This document shows, piece after piece, positions 20,674 to 30,584 of a stretch of DNA of 64,000 nt. How positions within the stretch are numbered: the first letter of the stretch is position 1; every line of letters starts with the position of its first letter. A model generated the notes under the pieces. That model was not told where the DNA came from, did not search any database, and worked only from the letters and a program-made list of their open reading frames with translations. The translations under genes were made by a program, and so were the position numbers. The stretch covers positions 32,001 through 96,000 of the forward strand of contig JBHJHA010000017.1 of the NCBI GenBank assembly GCA_050331235.1. The letters are read 5' to 3'. The stretch is from Leptolyngbyaceae cyanobacterium. Lineage in GTDB: Bacteria > Cyanobacteriota > Cyanobacteriia > Phormidesmidales > Phormidesmidaceae.

Positions 20674-20867
20674 TAGTTGATAAGCAGAGTTGTGGATTTG
20701 CTGCTGCTGGGGCGATCGCTCAGCAAGAGCAGAAATCTGGAATTAATGCGCCGAGCGATCGCCCAAAACGATAAAGTGAACGAGCTACCGTCATGCTGCC
20801 GCTGTTCCCGACGATGCCTGGCTGCAAGGGAGACCCTGGGGCAGCTTGATTGACATAAGGAGACTTC

Positions 20868-21287
20868 ATGACCCGCGCAATTATGGACACCGAGAAAGGC
20901 ACCATCAATTTAGAGCTGTTTGATGCTGCTGCCCCTAACACGGTCAAGAACTTTGTGGACCTTTCCCAGGCTGGCTTTTACGATGGCCTCAAGTTTCATC
21001 GGGTCATCTCTGATTTCATGATCCAAGGGGGATGCCCCAAAGGTACCGGCACCGGCGGCCCTGGCTATACGATTAAGTGCGAAATCAATGACAACAAGCA
21101 CGAAGCTGGTAGCCTATCGATGGCCCATCGTGGACCGGATACCGGGGGCAGCCAGTTTTTCATCTGCCATGCTCCCCAGCCGCACCTCGATGGTGTCCAC
21201 ACTGTCTTTGGCAAAACTGAAGACATGGACGTGGTCAACGCGATTCGTCAGGGAGACAAAATCAACTCAGTAAAAATCGAGATTTGA
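20868..21287 (+). CDS. Cyclophilin-type peptidyl-prolyl cis-trans isomerase
   Basis: [31 protein letters not shown] and [10 protein letters not shown]. Confidence 0.96.
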   Translation: MTRAIMDTEKGTINLELFDAAAPNTVKNFVDLSQAGFYDGLKFHRVISDFMIQGGCPKGTGTGGPGYTIKCEINDNKHEAGSLSMAHRGPDTGGSQFFICHAPQPHLDGVHTVFGKTEDMDVVNAIRQGDKINSVKIEI

Positions 21288-21328
21288 GCCCCGGCGCGCA
21301 AAGCTACTTGAAGCATCGCAGCTACCGA

Positions 21329-21361
21329 ATCAATGGCCCTTCAAGACGGAGGGCCATTGAT
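21329..21361. terminator. Hairpin between convergent genes (probable bidirectional terminator)
   Basis: ATCAATGGCCCT...AGGGCCATTGAT perfect 12-bp arms. Confidence 0.7.
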
Positions 21362-21364
21362 CAG

Positions 21365-22429
21365 TCAGGACTTTTGGCACAACAAGAGCGCAAACTTTTG
21401 CTGCTGATCGGTAAAGGTATTGACTGTTTCCAGACCAAAAGTTGAAAGCTCCTGGGCGAGCTGATTTGGCTCAAATTTGCGAGAAATTTCGCTAAGCAAT
21501 TGTTCACCCTGGGCGAAGGTGATGGTCAGATTTAAGGCCTGTAAGGTGACTGTTTGGTCAGCCAAGCTTTCGATATACATTTCAATTTGGCGCTCAGCTT
21601 CGTTGTAACGAGCCACATGGCGAAACTGGTCGAGATCAAAATTTCCCTCAAATCGCCAGTTGAGATGGGTCAGCATGTTGAGATTAAAGTCGGCCGTAAC
21701 CCCTTGGCGATCGTTGTAGGCCGCTTCTAATGTGGGGGTGTCTTTGTGGCGATCGACCCCCAGCAGAAAATAATCGCCCTGGGTGAGTGCTTGACTCACC
21801 TGCTGAAAGAAGTGTCTCGCTAATTGCGGTGGTAGATTGCCAAGCGTGCTGCCGATGAAGGCAATCATCCGGCGTGGGAAAAGGGGACTCGGTAAGTGGT
21901 TCAGGGCTGCTTCATAGGTGCCGATGAGACCGTGAATTGTGAGGGTCGGATATTCCACTAGGAGGTCGCGGGCACTACTCTCTAAGATGCTGCCGCTCAC
22001 GTCGACGGGCACATACCTCAGCGGCGTGCCTTGGCGCTGATAGGCGTCAAACAGCAGTCGTGTTTTGCTGGCGCTACCGCTGCCCAGCTCAATCAGGTCA
22101 CAGGCCCCAATCGCTGCCGCGATCGCCTCGGCATAGGTCGCTAAAATCTGGCGCTCTGTGCGCGTTAGATAATACTCGGGCAGGTCGGTGATTTTTTCGA
22201 AGAGTTGAGACCCGTAGGCATCATAAAAATACTTCGGTGGTAGGGTTTTGGGTGCCTGAGTCAGCCCTGCGATGACGTCTTGCCCAGAGGATGCGGGGGT
22301 AGGGAGAGCATCCAGGGTGCGGTCTTCTAATGTGAAGCGATCGCCCAGCTCGACCATATCAGTGGGGGGCTGGTCAGCCCCCTTTGAAGTTTCAGGAACA
22401 GAAGGCGTAGAGTGGGAGTGAACTGGCAT
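21365..22429 (-). CDS. egtD: L-histidine N-alpha-trimethyltransferase EgtD
   Basis: KTLPPKYFYD, LPEYYLTRTE, IELGSGSASKT, AAYND.QGVTADFNLN and EISRKF. Confidence 0.95.
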   Translation of the reverse strand: MPVHSHSTPSVPETSKGADQPPTDMVELGDRFTLEDRTLDALPTPASSGQDVIAGLTQAPKTLPPKYFYDAYGSQLFEKITDLPEYYLTRTERQILATYAEAIAAAIGACDLIELGSGSASKTRLLFDAYQRQGTPLRYVPVDVSGSILESSARDLLVEYPTLTIHGLIGTYEAALNHLPSPLFPRRMIAFIGSTLGNLPPQLARHFFQQVSQALTQGDYFLLGVDRHKDTPTLEAAYNDRQGVTADFNLNMLTHLNWRFEGNFDLDQFRHVARYNEAERQIEMYIESLADQTVTLQALNLTITFAQGEQLLSEISRKFEPNQLAQELSTFGLETVNTFTDQQQKFALLLCQKS

Positions 22430-22497
22430 AGTATCTCGAAATTCGGCAGAGGATCTTCAAATCCCTGCATATTTTGACACTACAACCTGAGAAATCA

Positions 22498-23766
22498 CTA
22501 GGAACCTAGGGCACATCTAAATCCTGCGAAAGCCTGCTGCACATGGGGTTGGTACCAGTTTCGAAAGGTAGGGCGCAAGACCCAAGGCTGAGTCGCCCAG
22601 CTACCGCCCCGTAAAACCCGATGGGCCCGGTCAAAGTATGTCTGCGAGTATCCTTTGTAGGGAAATGCTTGGAAGCCCGGATAGTCGGTAAACCAAGAGC
22701 TCGTCCATTCCCACACATTGCCCAGCAAATCATCACAACCGCTAGCGCTGCGTCCCGCTGGGAACTGCCCCACCGGCGTTACCCCTCCGTGCTTGCCGCC
22801 ATAGTTCCCTTGGGAGGGATTTATGGGAGCATTGCCTCCGAGCATGGTTAGGGGATTGGCTGGGTAAGGTTGCCAACAGGCGGCTCGTTCCCACTCGGCT
22901 TCGGTGGGCAGGCGTTTACCCACAAAGCAGGCGTAGGCATCTGCTTCATACCAGCTCACGCCCCATACTGGAGCCTTGGCTAACTCGGCGTTTGTTTGCC
23001 AGTACAGGGGCTGACTAATGTCATATCGCTGCCGCCAAATCCAGCCCTGGGGGTGCCACCACTGGCTATTTTGATAGCCGCCTGCGGCGATGAAGCTGGC
23101 ATAGTCAGCCAGGGTAACAGGGGTTTGATCAATCCAAAAGTCATTGACTTGGACTGCGTGGTGAGGACGCTCATTGTCGAGGGCATCGACGCCATCGGCC
23201 CCGAGGGGTTGGGTGCCTCCAGGAATATGCACCATGCCATCGGTCGTGGTGGGGCCCCAGGCGGGCAATGCCGATGATGCAAAGACCTGAGGTGCAGAAT
23301 CGGGTATTGAAGGCGACCAGCGATGAAGTGTCAACAGATAAGTTGCGGTTTCGAGATGTTGACTTTCATGCTGCAACAGCCAGCGCCACAGCCGTAATTC
23401 CGCAGCCAGGGGAGCATGCTCTATGTAGGCCTGGGTGCGATCGCGGATATCAGCCATAAATCTCAGAATCGTTGAGAGGGCCGGGAGATTCTCACGCTCG
23501 GCTTTGGGCAACCCGTCCGCCGCAAATAAAGTTTGATACTGAGGATACGGGCAGCGCTGCTGTTGTAAATGCTCAAGCAGCCACAGCGATTCGGTGAAGG
23601 CGATGTGGCCTAGGTGCCAGCCAATGGGACTAAAGTCGGTGTGTGCCTGTTGACGAAATTCGGTTTCGCTGAGCTGCTGGGCAAACTCGAGGGTGCTTTG
23701 GCGACAGGCGCTCATATCAGCCCGCAGCGTTTGGCGTAACTCAGCGAGCGATCGCTCACTAGTCAC
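22498..23766 (-). CDS. egtB: Ergothioneine sulfoxide synthase EgtB (DinB plus FGE-like domains)
   Basis: SPIGWHLGH, QHESQH, RLPTEAEWE, GNVWEW and RGGSW; likely GTG start 23766 overlapping the egtC stop. Confidence 0.9.
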   Translation of the reverse strand: MTSERSLAELRQTLRADMSACRQSTLEFAQQLSETEFRQQAHTDFSPIGWHLGHIAFTESLWLLEHLQQQRCPYPQYQTLFAADGLPKAERENLPALSTILRFMADIRDRTQAYIEHAPLAAELRLWRWLLQHESQHLETATYLLTLHRWSPSIPDSAPQVFASSALPAWGPTTTDGMVHIPGGTQPLGADGVDALDNERPHHAVQVNDFWIDQTPVTLADYASFIAAGGYQNSQWWHPQGWIWRQRYDISQPLYWQTNAELAKAPVWGVSWYEADAYACFVGKRLPTEAEWERAACWQPYPANPLTMLGGNAPINPSQGNYGGKHGGVTPVGQFPAGRSASGCDDLLGNVWEWTSSWFTDYPGFQAFPYKGYSQTYFDRAHRVLRGGSWATQPWVLRPTFRNWYQPHVQQAFAGFRCALGS

Positions 23767-24553
23767 CGAGGGGATAAAACTGGACGTCACAGTTAGCGTT
23801 AATAGTAAACAACGAAGACTCAGCAACCGGCTCCCAGAGATCGTTAAACAGGGGCTCTGAGGCCACAATGACAGCATCGGGAAATTGCTGTGCCGCTTTC
23901 AGCCAGTATAGAGAAGGTGCTGGCTTCTGTGACGCGAGGCGCGCGCCTACTAACTGGTGCCCATCGCTCATGAGAATGTTAGCGGCCATGGCAGTATCGG
24001 CTGACTCCGCCAGTGCCAAGAGCTTGGTCAAGGTCCGCCGCAAGGCCTCGACCAAGGAAAGGTGGGGCTGCTGCGCCAAGGCCGTGAGGAGCCAACCAAA
24101 GATGTGCTCGGAGTCAGTACTGCCGTTGATGCCCGCATAGACGCGATCGCTCATCGCCTGCCGCATTGGCTGATAGAGGGTGTCTCGAAAGCGTTTGATG
24201 TAGCCATTATGGGTAAACAAGAGCTGGCCTGCCTGAAAAGGTTGGCAGTTGGCCAGGTCAATGGCCTGCCCAGGGGTCGCACTGCGGATATAGGTCAGTG
24301 CACAACCGGTGGCGACGTAGCGACACAGCGGCTCGAGGTTGATATCGTTCCAAATGGGCAAGATGTTGCGATAGGTAAACGGTGGTTTCTCTTGGGTCGG
24401 ATGATACCAACCCAAGCCAAAGCCATCGGCATTGAGCAATGCTTCATTGAGCTCCTGAGGGGCATAGGCCTGGACCACGAGGGAATGAGGCGGTTTCAGG
24501 ACGAGGGTATCTAGGTTAATTGGGGGGCCGATATATCCCAACAGACGGCACAT
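23759..24553 (-). CDS. egtC: Ergothioneine biosynthesis Ntn amidohydrolase EgtC
   Basis: N-terminal MCRLLGY (Cys2 nucleophile), NADGFGLGWY, RSATPG, HNG, TDSE and VASEPL. Confidence 0.92.
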   Translation of the reverse strand: MCRLLGYIGPPINLDTLVLKPPHSLVVQAYAPQELNEALLNADGFGLGWYHPTQEKPPFTYRNILPIWNDINLEPLCRYVATGCALTYIRSATPGQAIDLANCQPFQAGQLLFTHNGYIKRFRDTLYQPMRQAMSDRVYAGINGSTDSEHIFGWLLTALAQQPHLSLVEALRRTLTKLLALAESADTAMAANILMSDGHQLVGARLASQKPAPSLYWLKAAQQFPDAVIVASEPLFNDLWEPVAESSLFTINANCDVQFYPLGD

Positions 24554-24682
24554 AGAAAAGTCAAAGATTAAGGGACGACCGGCGCTGAAGCCGAGGCTGT
24601 TCTATCTTCCCACGAAAATTTCATTTACTTCGCCGCCAGGCACAAGCGATCACGTCATGTATGCTAATCTATTAATCCTTAT

Positions 24683-24753
24683 GCGGGTGTAGTTTAGTGG
24701 TAAAACCCTAGCCTTCCAAGCTAATGATGGGGGTTCGATTCCCCCCACCCGCT
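24683..24753 (+). tRNA. tRNA-Gly (anticodon TCC)
   Basis: Acceptor stem GCGGGTG/CACCCGC, D-loop AGTGGTA, anticodon loop CTTCCAA, T-loop GGTTCGATTCC; CCA not encoded. Confidence 0.97.
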
Positions 24754-24819
24754 TTAAATCTTCCAGCTGCCTAGAATAGATGCATCGCAGACATCTCTAC
24801 CCGGTGGTGCCGTATCGTC

Positions 24820-26241
24820 ATGACTCCCCATGCCCCAGGGCCGACTCAGTTTTTAGATGCGCCCGAGCATCGTCACCTAGATGGCCCGAAAGCCAAAGGC
24901 CTCCGACGCAACTTACGCATCCTACGACTGATCTTGCAGCCGACCGGCTATATGGATGACAACGTTCGGCGCTATGGTACTTCGTTTCAGATTGGGGGCG
25001 ACAGTACGCCGCCTCTAGTGTATGTGGGTGATCCAGCATTGGTGCGAGAAGTGTTTGCTCTCAGTCCCGACCAAGCATCATCGGGGCAAAGCAATGGGGT
25101 TTTGCAAGCCATGGTGGGTGAAAACTCGATCTTGCTGCTGGATGGCGAACCACACCAGCGACAGCGCAAGTTACTGATGCCGCCATTTCATGGCGATCGC
25201 CTGCGGACCTATGCTCAGTTAATTAGCGAAATTACTCAACAAGTCAGTCAGACTTGGCAACCAGGACAAACCCTTGTAGCTCGACCACCCATGCAAGCAT
25301 TGACCCTGGGCGTCATCTTGCAAGTGGTCTTTGGGTTGCGTGAGGGGGAGCGGTTAGTCAAGCTTCAGCAGCTCATGGGCCGGTTGCTCGATGCGTTTGC
25401 CTACCCCATCACTTCGAGCTTTTTGTTTTTTCCAGTCCTACAGCAAGATTGGGGTGCATGGAGCCCGTGGGGGCGTTTTGTACGGCTACGGGAACAAATT
25501 CGGCAGTTGCTATATGCTGAGATTCGCGATCGCCGCCGCGAACTATCCCAGTCTGACGGTGAGGCCGCCGAGCGCTCGGATATTCTGACGTTGCTCCTTT
25601 TGGCGCGTGATGAAAGTGGCACTGCTATGAGCGATGCAGAGCTCCATGATGAACTGGTCACATTGCTGCTGGCGGGCCACGAAACCACTACCTCTGCGAT
25701 GGTTTGGTTGCCTTACTGGATTCATCACCAGCCCACCGTCGAGCAGCATCTACGGGCAGAGTTGGCTCATCTTGGTCCTCAACCTGACCCGATGGCGATC
25801 GCACAGTTGCCCTATCTCACGGCTGTCTGTCAAGAGACCCTGCGCATTTACCCGATCGCGCCGACTGCCTTCGTGCGGGTGCTGCATAAACCAATGACCC
25901 TAGCGGGTTACGACTTCGTCGCTGGTACGGCCTTGATGCCAGCGACCTACATCATTCACCAAAGCTCGGAGGTGTATGATCAGCCCCAGCAGTTTCGTCC
26001 TGAGCGGTTTTTGCAGCATCAATATCCTCCCCATGAATATTTGCCGTTTGGCGGTGGTAGCCGGCGATGCATAGGCTCAGCGCTGGCCATGATGGAACTT
26101 AAAGTGGGCATTGCCACCTTGCTGCAACAGTTTGAGCTCATGCTACCGTTTTCTCGTTCAGTCAAACCGGTGCGACGGGGATTGACCCTGGCTCCACCGG
26201 CTTCCCTCAAAATCAAAGTAAAGTCTTGCCCTGAGCATTGA
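24820..26241 (+). CDS. Cytochrome P450 (CYP110-like)
   Basis: AGHETT I-helix, ETLR, PERF and heme motif FGGGSRRCIG. Confidence 0.96.
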   Translation: MTPHAPGPTQFLDAPEHRHLDGPKAKGLRRNLRILRLILQPTGYMDDNVRRYGTSFQIGGDSTPPLVYVGDPALVREVFALSPDQASSGQSNGVLQAMVGENSILLLDGEPHQRQRKLLMPPFHGDRLRTYAQLISEITQQVSQTWQPGQTLVARPPMQALTLGVILQVVFGLREGERLVKLQQLMGRLLDAFAYPITSSFLFFPVLQQDWGAWSPWGRFVRLREQIRQLLYAEIRDRRRELSQSDGEAAERSDILTLLLLARDESGTAMSDAELHDELVTLLLAGHETTTSAMVWLPYWIHHQPTVEQHLRAELAHLGPQPDPMAIAQLPYLTAVCQETLRIYPIAPTAFVRVLHKPMTLAGYDFVAGTALMPATYIIHQSSEVYDQPQQFRPERFLQHQYPPHEYLPFGGGSRRCIGSALAMMELKVGIATLLQQFELMLPFSRSVKPVRRGLTLAPPASLKIKVKSCPEH

Positions 26242-26558
26242 GGACTCGCGATTCAGGTTGACTCGCCATCTATGAGGGCGGCTGAGGTGCAATGCAGGTG
26301 GCGGGGCTCGGTTCAAGGGAAGACCCGTCTGCAACCTACTGTTGACGCGACATGGCGGTTTGACTGAGTTGGTAACCAGCGAAAACTATACTCCCTGGCC
26401 GCGCTGCCGATGCTATTCGATAAACGTGTAGTGGCGGGGCTGCGCCAAACCAGCTATTCCAGCGGTTGCGAACGCGGTTGTCCTTACCTACCCGCTGACT
26501 GATGTCGTTTACTCGCCGCTCTTTTTAGGCTGAGAGGGATGTCTGTAACTTCTCTATC

Positions 26559-27221
26559 ATGTCGAGCCAAAGCTACGAAGACAAGTACACGAAGCCGGAT
26601 CTCCGTCGCCGCCTAAAGGAAGAAATCAAAGCCTCCGACAAAGGGGGAAAGCCGGGACAATGGTCAGCTCGAAAGAGTCAGTTGCTTGTGCAAGAATATG
26701 AAAAGCACGGTGGCGGCTATAAAAATGATCAGAAAGACGAGGCCGCCAAATCTTTGGAAGAGTGGACTGAGCAAAATTGGCAAACCCTAGATGGTGATCA
26801 GGCTCGTGGAGACGGGATTACCAAACGCTATTTGCCAGAAGAGGTTTGGGACAACCTGAGTGCAGCCGAAAAGCAAGAGGCTGAGCGCACCAAGGAAGCA
26901 GGATCAGCAGATGGGGACCAATATGTTGACTGGACGCCCGCCATCAAACAGGCTATGGCAGAAGCTGGTTACGCGCCCGACCCCAATGTCGATGAGCCCA
27001 CTAAACGCAAACTATATGAACAGGCTCAAGACTTAGATATCGCGGGCCGCAGCACTATGGATAAGTCAGAACTCAAAGACGCGATCGCCCAAGATGGCAT
27101 CGATCCAGATGCTACCAAGGATGAATTATACGAACAGGCCCAAGACTTGGATATTGAGGGTCGCAGCACTATGGATAAATCGGAACTCAAGGACGCCATT
27201 GCCGATGAGCGACGACCTTAG
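26559..27221 (+). CDS. DUF5872-like protein with two C-terminal Rho_N-like helical repeats
   Basis: KYTKPDLR...KGGKPGQWSARKSQL...YEKHGGGY N-terminus; two copies of TKxxLYEQAQDLDIxGRSTMDKSELKDAIA. Confidence 0.75.
   Translation: MSSQSYEDKYTKPDLRRRLKEEIKASDKGGKPGQWSARKSQLLVQEYEKHGGGYKNDQKDEAAKSLEEWTEQNWQTLDGDQARGDGITKRYLPEEVWDNLSAAEKQEAERTKEAGSADGDQYVDWTPAIKQAMAEAGYAPDPNVDEPTKRKLYEQAQDLDIAGRSTMDKSELKDAIAQDGIDPDATKDELYEQAQDLDIEGRSTMDKSELKDAIADERRP
26998..27203 (+). repeat. Intragenic duplication, 114-nt period, two copies
   Basis: GAACAGGCTCAAGACTTAGATATC...CGCAGCACTATGGATAAG is repeated as GAACAGGCCCAAGACTTGGATATT...CGCAGCACTATGGATAAA, mostly with synonymous changes. Confidence 0.85.
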
Positions 27222-27953
27222 TGGGCAAAGAGTTCTAGAGAGGCTCAGTGCGGCAAATCATTTTGCCAGCTTTCTCAGCATTTGCTGTAGCAGACAGCAT
27301 ACTTCTCAATATGTTGTCGAATATCCTCATGACATTAAATTTGATGTTCAGAAATGAAGCTTGACTTAATCTTGAAACCTGACTCAATAGGGCAAATGAA
27401 ACAACTTCTCTACTGTCAGGTAGATGATCTTGGGGCAATGGCTTTGCCGGGTAATAGAGACTCTTCAACAAAAATGATTGAAAAGAATGCTTGAAATACC
27501 TATTTAAGAGACCTGTGTTGTTGGTCAATTGTTGAGTAAATCTCTCATGAGAGAGCTTGAAATCAGGACCAAAAATATCAACCGCTGCCGCGCTGTGCCC
27601 CAAAAAAAAGTCCTGCCAGCAAACATTTCATCCTCCTTCCTTGATTGAATATTAAGCTCAAGTGAAGACAAAAAGAGAAATCCTGAGCGGTCAAAAAGCG
27701 CTAAATTTAGCGTCTCGTTTGATGGCTGCCAGCAGCGGAAATAAGCCTTTTGATGTTTATGACAATATATTAAAAAACGTATTTTTTCTTGTCTTTAGTG
27801 ACTTAATCAAAACCTTAAAAAAACACATTGTTTACGCCATGGAGAAGCGACATCAATCAGAATGAAGTCTGTATTTAAGTCTGGTTATGACGGATAGTCG
27901 ACGACAGCGATTAGTGATCCGCTATCTGCAAGTTCCCACAGGATGATCACGCC

Positions 27954-28349
27954 ATGCCCTTCTCCCAAGACTATGTGCTCGTTTTAGATGAGCAGGAATC
28001 TCAACATCACCAGTCAGAATTGCCTGGCTTACTGGCCGACCTATATCCATTCGTCGTGACCTCTTCGGTGGAGCAGGCCGTCGAACAAGCTCAAAGGATG
28101 AATCCTTGTTTGGTGATTTTAGTCGGAGAAGATCCAGCTTGGTTTGAGCATCGCGTGAAGGCTTTGCGTCAGTCTGATCGAGTGCCGACTATGACGATCG
28201 TGGCGCTGACTGAGTCAGAATCGCCCCGATGGCAAAAATCTGAGCCTCCGGTCATGCTGGATGGATTTTTAGTCCAGCCACTAACCGATGACATTCTCGT
28301 TTCCTTGGTTCAGTCAGCAATTATCAAGCAGTCTTATCAGGCGTCGTAG
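27954..28349 (+). CDS. Stand-alone atypical (pseudo-)receiver domain protein
   Basis: REC-like pattern VLVLDE...PCLVILV...IVALT...GFLVQP; phosphoacceptor Asp and conserved Lys appear replaced. Confidence 0.7.
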   Translation: MPFSQDYVLVLDEQESQHHQSELPGLLADLYPFVVTSSVEQAVEQAQRMNPCLVILVGEDPAWFEHRVKALRQSDRVPTMTIVALTESESPRWQKSEPPVMLDGFLVQPLTDDILVSLVQSAIIKQSYQAS

Positions 28350-28988
28350 TCAATTTTGTCTGGCGATGACGCTTGCGGTCATCTCGTCGGGCAGGAGAGA
28401 CCGTAAACCTTGAAGATATGGGTAATCGCAATCCAAATATCGTGTGACTCCCGCGATTACTGGGGTGATCGCGCCTGAGATAACTAGCCATCGACCCGAA
28501 CAATTAAGTCACGCATTGGGTAATGGGCTTTACATCGCGGGAATAACATTTCTTGTTTATTAAGATAGAGAAGGTATAGCGATCGCCATAGAGATATGGC
28601 GGTTTGTCGATGAACACAGAGACATCTCAAAGCACGAGTCTTGTGCCTTGAACCTGTCCTCCGGCAGTCTGATTAGGCAAACCTGAATGTTGCTATATCA
28701 AGCGATCCCATAGGGCGATGATTTACCATTGCCCTAATAGCTAACTAGGCGATTTGTGAAAGGTCAGATCTAAAGCTCTTTTTGGCGTTGACGGCCTCAG
28801 CATTCCAGATTAAAACTTTCTTATGTGATCTCACTTTTTAAGCATTGCCCAGGAATCAGCATTTTGCTGTCGTTGTCTGACTGATGGTTACTCCTCACTT
28901 ATCGAAAGTGTCTTGTTAGCTCGGTCGTTATTCTCTACGGATGTTGTCATTAGTCCGAATGCCCCCTTAACGTTTGAGGATTAGGTGT

Positions 28989-29291
28989 TTGTTACCGAAA
29001 GTTATCGCCGAAAGCCAGGTTGAGCCGTTTAAGTTTTGGTTCAACAACAGTCTTCAAGACGGTGTCCATTTTCAGAATGAGCTTTACTTTCGGTTAAAAG
29101 AAAGCCCCATCTCTGAACGCGGTCACCTTTACCAATTAGCCTGCAAGTTGGCTCAGCGCGGGGGCGATGTGTTTATCACAGTGTCGCGGGGGCAATGTCG
29201 CTTGTGGGCTAACTTGCGTAACCAAAAAATGGTGGTCCAGAGCGTTGCCTCTAGGCTGGCCTTGCCAACCGTCGATAGCCTTATGCAGTAG
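28989..29291 (+). CDS. Conserved cyanobacterial hypothetical protein
   Basis: LPKVIAESQVEPFKFWFNNSLQDG; GAGG lies upstream of the probable TTG start at 28989. Confidence 0.65.
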   Translation: MLPKVIAESQVEPFKFWFNNSLQDGVHFQNELYFRLKESPISERGHLYQLACKLAQRGGDVFITVSRGQCRLWANLRNQKMVVQSVASRLALPTVDSLMQ

Positions 29292-29381
29292 CTGTTGGAA
29301 ACCATGCCGAAGCAGATGAAAGGACAAGACAACGGGGACAATCTGGTCCTAGAGGCTTAGGCGGGGTCTGCTCAAATCCAG

Positions 29382-30581
29382 TTAGCTAATCCTAGTTTGG
29401 CTGTCTGGGGTGGTCGACAATGGTGCATACAGGTCGCCCAATAACATTCCAGCTTGAGCGCCCGTTACGCTGGGCAAGTTGCCTGGGAAACCTTGGTGCC
29501 GCCAGTAGCCCAAAACCGCAAAGGCGATCGCTTCCTTGAGATCGGCTGGAATCCCTACATCGGTGGTTGATTGGACCGCGATGCCCGGTAAATGTTGACG
29601 TATGCGCTCGACTAAATAAGGATTTTGGCTGCCGCCACCACAGAGCAACATCTCTGCGGGCAGGGTAGGCAAAAAGTTGTGATAGCTACGAGCAATGGAG
29701 AGGGCTGTCAACTCAGTTAGACTGGCTAAAACGTCTGCTGGCGATAGATCGAGGGCTTGGGTGTCGGCAAAGCACTGCCGCCAAAAATCGCGGCCAAAGA
29801 GTTCTCGCCCGGTGGACTTGGGTGGCAACTGCTCAAAATAAGGATGACTGAGCCACTGCTCGACTAACCTCAAGCTTGGGCTACCTTGCGCTGCCCAAGT
29901 CCCGTCTTGGTCGTAGGTTTTTTGCCCAGCGGAAAACGTTTCTACCGCGAGATCGATCAGGCTGTTGCCCGGACCCGTATCCCAGCCCAGCACTTTGGGG
30001 GGGGCGCCCTGATGCGGTATCGGCCAAGGGGGCAACAGTGCCACATTCCCGATGCCGCCAATATTTTGCACACAGCGATACTGGGTGGGATGACTCAATA
30101 GTGCCAAATCAACGGGGGGCACTAGGGGCGCTCCTTCGCCGCCAGCGGCGATGTCAGCCTGACGAAAATTGCTTACGGTGGGGCATTGGGTCAAATGAGC
30201 GATCGCTGCTCCTCGTCCTAACTGCACGCTGTAGGCTAAGGCCGTCACAGCGCCAGACTCTGCCGTGGCCCCCCGTGGTCGGTGAAAAACCGTTTGACCA
30301 TGGGAGGCAATGAGATCGACGGGGCCATAGGTCTGCATGAGGTCTTGGGCCAACCGAGCAAATACCTGGGCGATCGCTTCGTCTAGCGTGGCTAGGTCAG
30401 CCATGGTAACCGATTCCCCGGCTCCAACGGCCAGCGCTTGCTGGCGAATGGCGGGGGGATAGGCCAACGTTGTCCCCCCGATGACAGTGAGGCTGAGGTC
30501 ATAGCCTTGCCCTTCGATTTCGACCGTGGCCCCGTCAACGCCGTCCACGGAGGTGCCACTTATTAGTCCGATTACGCGCAC
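29382..30581 (-). CDS. anmK: Anhydro-N-acetylmuramic acid kinase
   Basis: IGLISGTSVDGVD, SHGQTVFH, GGEGAPLVP, NIGGIGN, DTGPGN, PKSTGRELF and KEAIAFA. Confidence 0.96.
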   Translation of the reverse strand: MRVIGLISGTSVDGVDGATVEIEGQGYDLSLTVIGGTTLAYPPAIRQQALAVGAGESVTMADLATLDEAIAQVFARLAQDLMQTYGPVDLIASHGQTVFHRPRGATAESGAVTALAYSVQLGRGAAIAHLTQCPTVSNFRQADIAAGGEGAPLVPPVDLALLSHPTQYRCVQNIGGIGNVALLPPWPIPHQGAPPKVLGWDTGPGNSLIDLAVETFSAGQKTYDQDGTWAAQGSPSLRLVEQWLSHPYFEQLPPKSTGRELFGRDFWRQCFADTQALDLSPADVLASLTELTALSIARSYHNFLPTLPAEMLLCGGGSQNPYLVERIRQHLPGIAVQSTTDVGIPADLKEAIAFAVLGYWRHQGFPGNLPSVTGAQAGMLLGDLYAPLSTTPDSQTRIS

Positions 30582-30584
30582 TTT

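Noticed and set aside
22498..23766. Selenoneine (SenA) or ovothiol (OvoA) synthase
   Set aside because: No senB/senC neighbours and no C-terminal methyltransferase domain; the egtC/egtD context fits ergothioneine.
24683..29300. Genomic island integrated at tRNA-Gly
   Set aside because: No integrase and no duplicated tRNA 3' end seen; HIP1 sites persist downstream.
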